Positions 1-10,400 of a stretch of DNA of 64,000 nucleotides are shown piece after piece. Position numbers and translations under genes: made by a program. The notes beneath the pieces were generated by a model that was given only the letters and a program-made list of their open reading frames with translations, did no database searches and was not told the origin of the DNA. Each line of letters starts with the position of its first letter. Positions within the stretch are counted from its first letter, which is position 1. This DNA is from the human T2T-CHM13v2.0 reference genome, Homo sapiens. Where the stretch lies: the NCBI GenBank assembly GCA_009914755.4, contig CP068257.2:31392001-31456000 (forward strand). Direction: 5' to 3'.

Positions 1-1879
1 TATTAGCTACACTGGCAGGCGCACAACTCCGCGCCCCGACTGGTGGCCCCACAGCGCGCACCACACATGGCCTCGCTGCTGTTGGCGGGGTAGGCCCGAA
101 GGAGGCATCTACAAATGCCCGAGCCCTTTCTGATCCCCACCCCCCCGCTCCCTGCGTCGTCCGAGTGACAGATTCTACTAATTGAACGGTTATGGGTCAT
201 CCTTGTAACCGTTGGACGACATAACACCACGCTTCAGTTCTTCATGTTTTAAATACATATTTAACGGATGGCTGCAGAGCCAGCTGGGAAACACGCGGAT
301 TGAAAAATAATGCTCCAGAAGGCACGAGACTGGGGCGAAGGCGAGAGCGGGCTGGGCTTCTAGCGGAGACCGCAGAGGGAGACATATCTCAGAACTAGGG
401 GCAATAACGTGGGTTTCTCTTTGTATTTGTTTATTTTGTAACTTTGCTACTTGAAGACCAATTATTTACTATGCTAATTTGTTTGCTTGTTTTTAAAACC
501 GTACTTGCACAGTAAAAGTTCCCCAACAACGGAAGTAACCCGACGTTCCTCACACTCCCTAGGAGACTGTGTGCGTGTGTGCCCGCGCGTGCGCTCACAG
601 TGTCAAGTGCTAGCATCCGAGATCTGCAGAAACAAATGTCTGAATTCGAAATGTATGGGTGTGAGAAATTCAGCTCGGGGAAGAGATTAGGGACTGGGGG
701 AGACAGGTGGCTGCCTGTACTATAAGGAACCGCCAACGCCAGCATCTGTAGTCCAAGCAGGGCTGCTCTGTAAAGGCTTAGCAATTTTTTCTGTAGGCTT
801 GCTGCACACGGTCTCTGGCTTTTCCCATCTGTAAAATGGGTGAATGCATCCGTACCTCAGCTACCTCCGTGAGGTGCTTCTCCAGTTCGGGCTTAATTCC
901 TCATCGTCAAGAGTTTTCAGGTTTCAGAGCCAGCCTGCAATCGGTAAAACATGTCCCAACGCGGTCGCGAGTGGTTCCATCTCGCTGTCTGGCCCACAGC
1001 GTGGAGAAGCCTTGCCCAGGCCTGAAACTTCTCTTTGCAGTTCCAGAAAGCAGGCGACTGGGACGGAAGGCTCTTTGCTAACCTTTTACAGCGGAGCCCT
1101 GCTTGGACTACAGATGCCAGCGTTGCCCCTGCCCCAAGGCGTGTGGTGATCACAAAGACGACACTGAAAATACTTACTATCATCCGGCTCCCCTGCTAAT
1201 AAATGGAGGGGTGTTTAACTACAGGCACGACCCTGCCCTTGTGCTAGCGCGGTTACCGTGCGGAAATAACTCGTCCCTGTACCCACACCATCCTCAACCT
1301 AAAGGAGAGTTGTGAATTCTTTCAAAACACTCTTCTGGAGTCCGTCCCCTCCCTCCTTGCCCGCCCTCTACCCCTCAAGTCCCTGCCCCCAGCTGGGGGC
1401 GCTACCGGCTGCCGTCGGAGCTGCAGCCACGGCCATCTCCTAGACGCGCGAGTAGAGCACCAAGATAGTGGGGACTTTGTGCCTGGGCATCGTTTACATT
1501 TGGGGCGCCAAATGCCCACGTGTTGATGAAACCAGTGAGATGGGAACAGGCGGCGGGAAACCAGACAGAGGAAGAGCTAGGGAGGAGACCCCAGCCCCGG
1601 ATCCTGGGTCGCCAGGGTTTTCCGCGCGCATCCCAAAAGGTGCGGCTGCGTGGGGCATCAGGTTAGTTTGTTAGACTCTGCAGAGTCTCCAAACCATCCC
1701 ATCCCCCAACCTGACTCTGTGGTGGCCGTATTTTTTACAGAAATTTGACCACGTTCCCTTTCTCCCTTGGTCCCAAGCGCGCTCAGCCCTCCCTCCATCC
1801 CCCTTGAGCCGCCCTTCTCCTCCCCCTCGCCTCCTCGGGTCCCTCCTCCAGTCCCTCCCCAAGAATCTCCCGGCCACGG

Positions 1880-2110
1880 GCGCCCATTGGTTGTGCGCAG
1901 GGAGGAGGCGTGTGCCCGGCCTGGCGAGTTTCATTGAGCGGAATTAGCCCGGATGACATCAGCTTCCCAGCCCCCCGGCGGGCCCAGCTCATTGGCGAGG
2001 CAGCCCCTCCAGGACACGCACATTGTTCCCCGCCCCCGCCCCCGCCACCGCTGCCGCCGTCGCCGCTGCCACCGGGCTATAAAAACCGGCCGAGCCCCTA
2101 AAGGTGCGGA
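1880..2110 (+). promoter_or_regulatory. OLIG2: OLIG2 core/proximal promoter with TATA box, inverted CCAAT boxes, GC boxes and a CRE-like site
   Basis: ctataaaaa at 2077-2085. Inverted CCAAT (attgg) at 1886-1890 and 1991-1995. TGACATCA (CRE-like) at 1954-1961. Sp1-type ccccgccccc GC boxes at 2028-2070. SOX-like cattgtt at 2021-2027. The expected TSS is about 25-30 bp downstream of the TATA box, near 2108. Confidence 0.7.
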
Positions 2111-2199
2111 TGCTTATTATAGATCGACGCGACACCAGCGCCCGGTGCCAGGTTCTCCCCTGAGGCTTTTCGGAGCGAGCTCCTCAAATCGCATCCAGA
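2108..2199 (+). other. OLIG2: OLIG2 exon 1 (non-coding 5'UTR), inferred
   Basis: The TATA-positioned start near 2108 is followed about 90 nt later by a perfect splice donor consensus, cca|GTAAGT at 2200-2205. The known two-exon structure of OLIG2 with a short non-coding first exon fits. The exact TSS is not determinable from sequence. Confidence 0.5.
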
Positions 2200-2973
2200 G
2201 TAAGTGTCCCCGCCCCACAGCAGCCGCAGCCTAGATCCCAGGGACAGACTCTCCTCAACTCGGCTGTGACCCAGAATGCTCCGATACAGGGGGTCTGGAT
2301 CCCTACTCTGCGGGCCATTTCTCCAGAGCGACTTTGCTCTTCTGTCCTCCCCACACTCACCGCTGCATCTCCCTCACCAAAAGCGAGAAGTCGGAGCGAC
2401 AACAGCTCTTTCTGCCCAAGCCCCAGTCAGCTGGTGAGCTCCCCGTGGTCTCCAGATGCAGCACATGGACTCTGGGCCCCGCGCCGGCTCTGGGTGCATG
2501 TGCGTGTGCGTGTGTTTGCTGCGTGGTGTCGATGGAGATAAGGTGGATCCGTTTGAGGAACCAAATCATTAGTTCTCTATCTAGATCTCCATTCTCCCCA
2601 AAGAAAGGCCCTCACTTCCCACTCGTTTATTCCAGCCCGGGGGCTCAGTTTTCCCACACCTAACTGAAAGCCCGAAGCCTCTAGAATGCCACCCGCACCC
2701 CGAGGGTCACCAACGCTCCCTGAAATAACCTGTTGCATGAGAGCAGAGGGGAGATAGAGAGAGCTTAATTATAGGTACCCGCGTGCAGCTAAAAGGAGGG
2801 CCAGAGATAGTAGCGAGGGGGACGAGGAGCCACGGGCCACCTGTGCCGGGACCCCGCGCTGTGGTACTGCGGTGCAGGCGGGAGCAGCTTTTCTGTCTCT
2901 CACTGACTCACTCTCTCTCTCTCTCCCTCTCTCTCTCTCTCATTCTCTCTCTTTTCTCCTCCTCTCCTGGAAG
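2200..2973 (+). other. OLIG2: OLIG2 intron 1 (GT at 2200, pyrimidine tract 2905-2969, acceptor AG at 2972-2973), inferred
   Basis: The GTAAGT donor is followed by a ~65-nt (CT)n / polypyrimidine tract immediately upstream of the first AG at 2972-2973. The combined length of exon 1 and exon 2 then reproduces an mRNA of about 2.45 kb. Confidence 0.5.
2905..2969 (+). repeat. (CT)n microsatellite / polypyrimidine tract at the 3' end of OLIG2 intron 1
   Basis: ctctctctctctctccctctctctctctctcattctctctcttttctcctcctctcc seen directly. Confidence 0.9.
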
Positions 2974-3035
2974 TTTTCGGGTCCGAGGGAAGGAGGACCC
3001 TGCGAAAGCTGCGACGACTATCTTCCCCTGGGGCC

Positions 3036-4007
3036 ATGGACTCGGACGCCAGCCTGGTGTCCAGCCGCCCGTCGTCGCCAGAGCCCGATGACCTTTTTCT
3101 GCCGGCCCGGAGTAAGGGCAGCAGCGGCAGCGCCTTCACTGGGGGCACCGTGTCCTCGTCCACCCCGAGTGACTGCCCGCCGGAGCTGAGCGCCGAGCTG
3201 CGCGGCGCTATGGGCTCTGCGGGCGCGCATCCTGGGGACAAGCTAGGAGGCAGTGGCTTCAAGTCATCCTCGTCCAGCACCTCGTCGTCTACGTCGTCGG
3301 CGGCTGCGTCGTCCACCAAGAAGGACAAGAAGCAAATGACAGAGCCGGAGCTGCAGCAGCTGCGTCTCAAGATCAACAGCCGCGAGCGCAAGCGCATGCA
3401 CGACCTCAACATCGCCATGGATGGCCTCCGCGAGGTCATGCCGTACGCACACGGCCCTTCGGTGCGCAAGCTTTCCAAGATCGCCACGCTGCTGCTGGCG
3501 CGCAACTACATCCTCATGCTCACCAACTCGCTGGAGGAGATGAAGCGACTGGTGAGCGAGATCTACGGGGGCCACCACGCTGGCTTCCACCCGTCGGCCT
3601 GCGGCGGCCTGGCGCACTCCGCGCCCCTGCCCGCCGCCACCGCGCACCCGGCAGCAGCAGCGCACGCCGCACATCACCCCGCGGTGCACCACCCCATCCT
3701 GCCGCCCGCCGCCGCAGCGGCTGCTGCCGCCGCTGCAGCCGCGGCTGTGTCCAGCGCCTCTCTGCCCGGATCCGGGCTGCCGTCGGTCGGCTCCATCCGT
3801 CCACCGCACGGCCTACTCAAGTCTCCGTCTGCTGCCGCGGCCGCCCCGCTGGGGGGCGGGGGCGGCGGCAGTGGGGCGAGCGGGGGCTTCCAGCACTGGG
3901 GCGGCATGCCCTGCCCCTGCAGCATGTGCCAGGTGCCGCCGCCGCACCACCACGTGTCGGCTATGGGCGCCGGCAGCCTGCCGCGCCTCACCTCCGACGC
4001 CAAGTGA
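3036..4007 (+). CDS. OLIG2: Oligodendrocyte transcription factor 2 (class-B bHLH), 323 aa, full-length single-exon CDS including stop
   Basis: [33 protein letters not shown]...[10 protein letters not shown] of 323 aa. Good Kozak context (g at -3, G at +4). Basic helix-loop-helix signature [60 protein letters not shown]. Ser/Thr-rich, poly-Ala and Gly-rich tracts. I recognise this as the human OLIG2 protein (length and N/C termini match from memory). Confidence 0.96.
3264..3317 (+). repeat. OLIG2: Ser/Thr-rich coding tract ([18 protein letters not shown]) in OLIG2
   Basis: Imperfect TCN/ACN codon repeat tcctcgtccagcacctcgtcgtctacgtcgtcggcggctgcgtcgtcc. Confidence 0.85.
3357..3533 (+). other. 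OLIG2: bHLH DNA-binding/dimerisation domain-encoding segment of OLIG2 (aa ~108-166)
   Basis: The basic region [10 protein letters not shown], helix 1, loop and helix 2 [18 protein letters not shown] are read directly from the translation. It is nearly identical to the OLIG1 domain at 46772-46969. Confidence 0.9.
3708..3746 (+). repeat. OLIG2: Poly-alanine coding tract (13 consecutive Ala, GCN repeat) in OLIG2
   Basis: gccgccgcagcggctgctgccgccgctgcagccgcggct codes for A225-A237. A further Ala5 and Gly6 run lies at 3831-3872. Confidence 0.9.
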
Positions 4008-5324
4008 GCCGACTGGCGCCGGCGCGTTCTGGCGACAGGGGAGCCAGGGGCCGCGGGGAAGCGAGGACTGGCCTGCGCTGGGCTCGGGAGCTCTGTCGCG
4101 AGGAGGGGCGCAGGACCATGGACTGGGGGTGGGGCATGGTGGGGATTCCAGCATCTGCGAACCCAAGCAATGGGGGCGCCCACAGAGCAGTGGGGAGTGA
4201 GGGGATGTTCTCTCCGGGACCTGATCGAGCGCTGTCTGGCTTTAACCTGAGCTGGTCCAGTAGACATCGTTTTATGAAAAGGTACCGCTGTGTGCATTCC
4301 TCACTAGAACTCATCCGACCCCCGACCCCCACCTCCGGGAAAAGATTCTAAAAACTTCTTTCCCTGAGAGCGTGGCCTGACTTGCAGACTCGGCTTGGGC
4401 AGCACTTCGGGGGGGGAGGGGGTGTTATGGGAGGGGGACACATTGGGGCCTTGCTCCTCTTCCTCCTTTCTTGGCGGGTGGGAGACTCCGGGTAGCCGCA
4501 CTGCAGAAGCAACAGCCCGACCGCGCCCTCCAGGGTCGTCCCTGGCCCAAGGCCAGGGGCCACAAGTTAGTTGGAAGCCGGCGTTCGGTATCAGAAGCGC
4601 TGATGGTCATATCCAATCTCAATATCTGGGTCAATCCACACCCTCTTAGAACTGTGGCCGTTCCTCCCTGTCTCTCGTTGATTTGGGAGAATATGGTTTT
4701 CTAATAAATCTGTGGATGTTCCTTCTTCAACAGTATGAGCAAGTTTATAGACATTCAGAGTAGAACCACTTGTGGATTGGAATAACCCAAAACTGCCGAT
4801 TTCAGGGGCGGGTGCATTGTAGTTATTATTTTAAAATAGAAACTACCCCACCGACTCATCTTTCCTTCTCTAAGCACAAAGTGATTTGGTTATTTTGGTA
4901 CCTGAGAACGTAACAGAATTAAAAGGCAGTTGCTGTGGAAACAGTTTGGGTTATTTGGGGGTTCTGTTGGCTTTTTAAAATTTTCTTTTTTGGATGTGTA
5001 AATTTATCAATGATGAGGTAAGTGCGCAATGCTAAGCTGTTTGCTCACGTGACTGCCAGCCCCATCGGAGTCTAAGCCGGCTTTCCTCTATTTTGGTTTA
5101 TTTTTGCCACGTTTAACACAAATGGTAAACTCCTCCACGTGCTTCCTGCGTTCCGTGCAAGCCGCCTCGGCGCTGCCTGCGTTGCAAACTGGGCTTTGTA
5201 GCGTCTGCCGTGTAACACCCTTCCTCTGATCGCACCGCCCCTCGCAGAGAGTGTATCATCTGTTTTATTTTTGTAAAAACAAAGTGCTAAATAATATTTA
5301 TTACTTGTTTGGTTGCAAAAACGG

Positions 5325-5330
5325 AATAAA
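5325..5330 (+). terminator. OLIG2: Polyadenylation signal (AATAAA) ending the OLIG2 3'UTR
   Basis: The aataaa at 5325-5330 is followed by a second aaataaaa at 5351-5358 and T/G-rich downstream sequence. An earlier aataaa at 4704-4709 could give a shorter 3'UTR isoform. Confidence 0.55.
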
Positions 5331-7523
5331 TGACTGAGTGTTGAGATTTTAAATAAAATTTAAAGTAAAGTCGGGGGATTTCCATCCGTGTGCCACCCCG
5401 AAAAGGGGTTCAGGACGCGATACCTTGGGACCGGATTTGGGGATCGTTCCCCCAGTTTGGCACTAGAGACACACATGCATTATCTTTCAAACATGTTCCG
5501 GGCAAATCCTCCGGGTCTTTTTCACAACTTGCTTGTCCTTATTTTTATTTTCTGACGCCTAACCCGGAACTGCCTTTCTCTTCAGTTGAGTATTGAGCTC
5601 CTTTATAAGCAGACATTTCCTTCCCGGAGCATCGGACTTTGGGACTTGCAGGGTGAGGGCTGCGCCTTTGGCTGGGGGTCTGGGCTCTCAGGAGTCCTCT
5701 ACTGCTCGATTTTTAGATTTTTATTTCCTTTCTGCTCAGAGGCGGTCTCCCGTCACCACCTTCCCCCTGCGGGTTTCCTTGGCTTCAGCTGCGGACCTGG
5801 ATTCTGCGGAGCCGTAGCGTTCCCAGCAAAGCGCTTGGGGAGTGCTTGGTGCAGAATCTACTAACCCTTCCATTCCTTTTCAGCCATCTCCACTACCCTC
5901 CCCCAGCGGCCACCCCCGCCTTGAGCTGCAAAGGATCAGGTGCTCCGCACCTCTGGAGGAGCACTGGCAGCGCTTTGGCCTCTGTGCTCTTTCCTGGGGT
6001 CACCTCTGTCTCCTCTTGGCCATTGGGTTCTCACAATCCAAACCCGCGATGCAAATTTAGGATGTGGCTGTGAAGAGAGATTCTGGGTGGAAATAAAAAT
6101 ACTTTGGCCTTCCTGGTCAAGGACCAGGGCAGATCCTGTTGTAGTCTCCGTGCCCCAGGGCTGGCCTGAGAATGAGCCCCTGAAAAGACAGCGGGTACGG
6201 GCACCGTAAGAACATCCCCTGGTCCAGGGTCCTCTCTCTGACAATATTTTTGGTGGCCACTGGCCACCCTGGAACTGGGGGTGCAGAAGATTTCCCCAGT
6301 CAGAACCCCATTTCTTGAGTCGCATAGCTGAGCCTGGCTCACACAGGCAGGCACCCTTTGCTTAGACTTAAAGACTGCTCCGTCCCCTAGCAAGGGACAG
6401 GCACTTCCTGCTCCTCCAGCAGGGAATGTCGGACTGCTGGCCAGAACAGCAGTGGCCCAGGGATTGGGTGCTGGAGGCCTAGTTTTTCACCGATGGGCCT
6501 GGCTTTTTGCAAAGGCTGGGAGGGATTTGGAGAGGCTGAGCAGCTGGGGGCTGAAGACGGGTGGAAAGCCTCCTGCCCCCACCACCCCAACAGCGCCATG
6601 TGAATCCAAGAAGAAGGAAGGGCAGGGTGTAGTCGTTTTTATTCTGAAATCCCATTTGAAATGAAACTTGAAAAGAATTCAAAACTGGGTCCAGCTGCAG
6701 CCACAGACACACTCAGAGGGACTCCAGGAGGCTGGAACGTAGACCAGTGGGCGCTGAGAACCTGGCCGGTGGGGGTAGGGGTCTTGATTGCAGTTTTGGC
6801 TCTTCCACACCCACTGCCAGGCAGGTGTACTGGTGCAGGCTCTGAGTGTGCTTGGTGTCTGCATAGAAGGACGGTTGTTGAAAGGCAATAAATCAAGTCT
6901 TTCCCTCCACCCCTGCACCCAAGCTTTCAGTAGCAACCAGCCACCAGCCAGGCCAGGCAAGACCAGGGCCTCTGAAGAAGGAGGGGCTGTGTCCAGCCAG
7001 GCTTTGGGCCCTCCTCCATGCCAGCCGCCTAAACTGTGCACCCAGCTGGAGGCCTTGACCACGGTGGGTGAGACTGGAGCAGCTCTGGACGTGGAGGAGG
7101 AAGACACTGGCACACAGTGCACATCCCCTAGAACAGGTGGCTACTCGCCGAGGGTGGCCCTGGACTGGTGGGGGCCAAGGTAGAGGACTCAGCCAGTGGC
7201 TGGGCTTTGATGTAGGGCAGGAGAAGACTGTGTGCAACCACTTTGACTTTGGTGGGCTCTTCATTGGCAGTGGGCTCCTCACCAAGTAGGGAAGGGAAAG
7301 AGGTAACTGTTTCCGGGATCTGCTGCAGTCTTCCCTGCCACACTGCAGTCCCCTCTGGGGAGCATTCGTTGGGAGATTCTCAACAGGCTGGACTGCAGCT
7401 CAGCCTCCTCCCCAGCCCCACTGCGTGGCTCTGCAGCACCCCAGCTGTCAGCCTCCGAGTTTAGAAACTCACCATGCCCCAGGTCTTTGAGACTCCCCAA
7501 CCCTCCTTAAGAACCTGGGAGCT

Positions 7524-7850
<327 letters not shown>

Positions 7851-9359
7851 TCAGCTGACCAGAGGTTGAGGGGCCAGTGGGCAGAACCCGAGCCTCCTCC
7901 TCTGGCCTCAGCACCCCAGGGCATTGTCCCTGGGCTCCTCACTCTCTCATATGGGCAGGAGCCACAGAGAAATGACACTCCCCTGGACTCAGTGTTGAAG
8001 GACTAACCCCTAATGCCCATGGAGTTGGAATTCTGCACCTTGGGGACAGGCAGTGAGCAGACGAGTGAAGTGAACCCACAGAGGTGTCACACTCCCAGTG
8101 AGGCCAGGAGTTTTAATGTGACCGCAGGAAGACATGGGTACTAAAGACACCCGTGGTGATTTGGGGTTCTGACAGCCATCCACCAGGGACCTGCCCTTCT
8201 CATTCCCAGACTGGGATCAGTGAGGAGCCCCTGGGCCAGGGCATTGAATTTTAAAGCCCCCTAGATGCTCTTATGGATAAAACTACCCCAGTGGTGGAAA
8301 ATGTCTGTCTCCTATTGGGGCCGAATCTACCTAGCAATCTGTCTGGACTTCTATTGAGTATTCACCTTGATGCTTCCTAAAAGTTCATCAGGAGGTGGCA
8401 AAGGAGTCCCCCTTCACCTGCCATGTCATTTTAAGTCACTCTTGCATTACAGATTTTGTGCCTAGTATCCCCCTTCCCCACACAAGTGCCCCCATAGTAC
8501 CAGCAGGGGTTATAGGGTCTTTGACAAGGGCCCCACACCAAGAGTGACCATTTATTTAGTCTCCGCAAAACTGTAAGGGAAGCCAGGATAAAGCCAGGTT
8601 ATTCACAGCAGTGGTTGCTGTATTCAGTCCCATCCTGACTAGGGAGAGGGACGTGGGACAGCATGGGTGAGCATGGCCACTCCCTGGTTTGGAGGCAGCC
8701 AGCAGCTCATGGGCTATATCCCAGGGCTAAGCCCCAACTCCCTGTAAGTGAGGAGGCCATTCTAGGCAGGGCAGAGATGGGGATCACCCACAGCTACATC
8801 CTTACTCCGTATCTCTCCTCTAGGGCCCCAGTGATTGCTACTGGCTGTTTGTCTGTGGAAGAGGTTGGAGGTGGAGGACTGCAGCGAGGAACTGAAGAGG
8901 CAAAGCTGGGAGGAGGGAGTCAGGGCCGGGCTGAATCTCCAGGGAACTCAGGATATTAATAGGTGGAGGCTAGGAGAGGAGGCGGATAGCGTTGACTGAG
9001 GTTTAGCCGGGGTAAGGCGGGGCACAGAGAGCTTTAAGAGCCTCAGTTCATTCCATTCTCACTACAACCATTTGAGGAGGGTGCTATTATTGTCCCGTCT
9101 TACAAGTAAGGAAACTGAGTCACAGAAAGGGTAAGTGACTTGCTCAGGGGACACAGCCAGTAAATGAAGGTGGCAAGGTTGTTGTAATCCAGGGCCCACC
9201 CCAAGAGGCCACCTGGCCCGCACTCCAGCAGTCCCCAGACTCTGGCTCAGCTGCCGCCCCGGGAATCCTCTGCTGCCACCCCCTGTCCCCCACCCCGGCC
9301 CCCTTAGGTGGTGCTCCTAGTGCTTCCCCCCATGCCTGGACCCCATCTGTCCCCGACTC

Positions 9360-10400
9360 CCCCATCTGGGCGGCGGGCGGGGCTCACAGGCTTTAGCAAT
9401 TAGCGGGCGCGGGTGGGCGCGCGGCGCGGGCGGAGGAAGGGCCGGAGCAGGTGAGCCGCGGCGGAGCCTCATTAGGGCGGCCCGCACGCCCCGCGAGGGA
9501 CCGTCGTTAGTGCCAAGACAGCTGCCGCTCCTGCCGGCCTAGGGCCGCAGCCGGAATCCCGGGCCACATCCCCTGCCCCGTTGTGCCTTCCACACCTCGG
9601 GCAGTCACTAGGAAAAGGGTCGCCAACTGAAAGGCCTGCAGGAACCAGGATGATACCTGCGCCAGTCCCGCGGCTGCTGCGAGTGCGCGCTCTCCTGCCA
9701 GGGGGACTTCAGACCCTCCTTTACAGCACACCGAGGGCCCTGCAGACACGCGAGCGGGCCTTCAGTTTGCAAACCCTGAAAGCGGGCGCGGTCCACCAGG
9801 ACGATCTGGCAGGGCTCTGGGTGAGGAGGCCGCGTCTTTATTTGGGGTCCTCGGGCAGCCACGTTGCAGCTCTGGGGAAAGACTGCTTAAGGAACCCGCT
9901 CTGAACTGCGCGCTGGTGTCCTCTCCGGCCCTCGCTTCCCCGACCCCGCACAGGCTAACGGGAGACGCGCAGGCCCACCCCACTGGCTGGAGACCCCGGC
10001 ACGGCCCGCATCCGCCAGGATTGAAGCAGCTGGCTTGGACGCGCGCAGTTTTCCTTTGGCGACATTGCAGCGTCGGTGCGGCCACAATCCGTCCACTGGT
10101 TGTGGGAACGGTTGGAGGTCCCCCAAGAAGGAGACACGCAGAGCTCTCCAGAACCGCCTACATGCGCATGGGGCCCAAACAGCCTCCCAAGGAGCACCCA
10201 GGTCCATGCACCCGAGCCCAAAATCACAGACCCGCTACGGGCTTTTGCACATCAGCTCCAAACACCTGAGTCCACGTGCACAGGCTCTCGCACAGGGGAC
10301 TCACGCACCTGAGTTCGCGCTCACAGATCCACGCACACCGGTGCTTGCACACGCAAGGGCCTAGAACTGCAAAGCAGCGGCCTCTCTGGACCGCCTCCCT
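9360..10400. promoter_or_regulatory. Intergenic CpG island about 5 kb downstream of OLIG2 (no gene evident)
   Basis: Very CpG-dense, e.g. ggcggcgggcggggctcacaggc...gcgggcgcgggtgggcgcgcggcgcgggcggaggaagggccggagcag|gtgagccgcggcgg. The block carries a consensus splice donor at 9451 and extends with retained CpGs to about 10400. Confidence 0.5.

Larger units (their letters stand above)
1300..4650. promoter_or_regulatory. OLIG2: CpG island spanning the OLIG2 promoter, exon 1, intron 1 and the coding exon
   Basis: High G+C and dense, non-depleted CpG dinucleotides throughout (e.g. 1380-1460, 1900-2120, 3040-4100). Typical of developmental TF genes. Boundaries estimated by eye. Confidence 0.7.
2974..5350 (+). 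other. OLIG2: OLIG2 exon 2 (remaining 5'UTR, entire CDS and ~1.3-kb 3'UTR), inferred
   Basis: The acceptor is at 2972-2973. The CDS lies at 3036-4007. An AATAAA sits at 5325-5330, with a second aaataaaa at 5351-5358, so cleavage is expected at about 5345-5375. The 3'UTR is AT-rich with CpG-retaining blocks. Confidence 0.55.

Noticed and set aside
1640-1670. Splice-donor-like catcag|gttagt at about 1660 upstream of the OLIG2 TATA box, possibly an alternative upstream first exon
   Set aside because: There is only a single motif and no supporting promoter signal upstream that I could separate from the general CpG island. It is too speculative to list as a feature and would need CAGE/RNA-seq.
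2900-4297. Long minus-strand ORFs overlapping the OLIG2 CDS (2900-3505, 201 aa; 3264-3809, 181 aa; 3674-4297, 207 aa), plus +-strand alternative-frame ORFs (3871-4200, 3926-4351)
   Set aside because: The DNA is extremely GC-rich (above 70%), so stop codons are rare in all frames. The translations are low-complexity Arg/Gly/Pro/Ala runs with no domain signatures. They are antisense or out of frame to a strongly supported gene.
4704-4709. AATAAA about 700 nt after the OLIG2 stop, as the main polyA site
   Set aside because: The downstream site at 5325 reproduces the ~2.45-kb mRNA length I recall for OLIG2. The 4704 site may be a minor alternative and is kept only as a note within the terminator feature.
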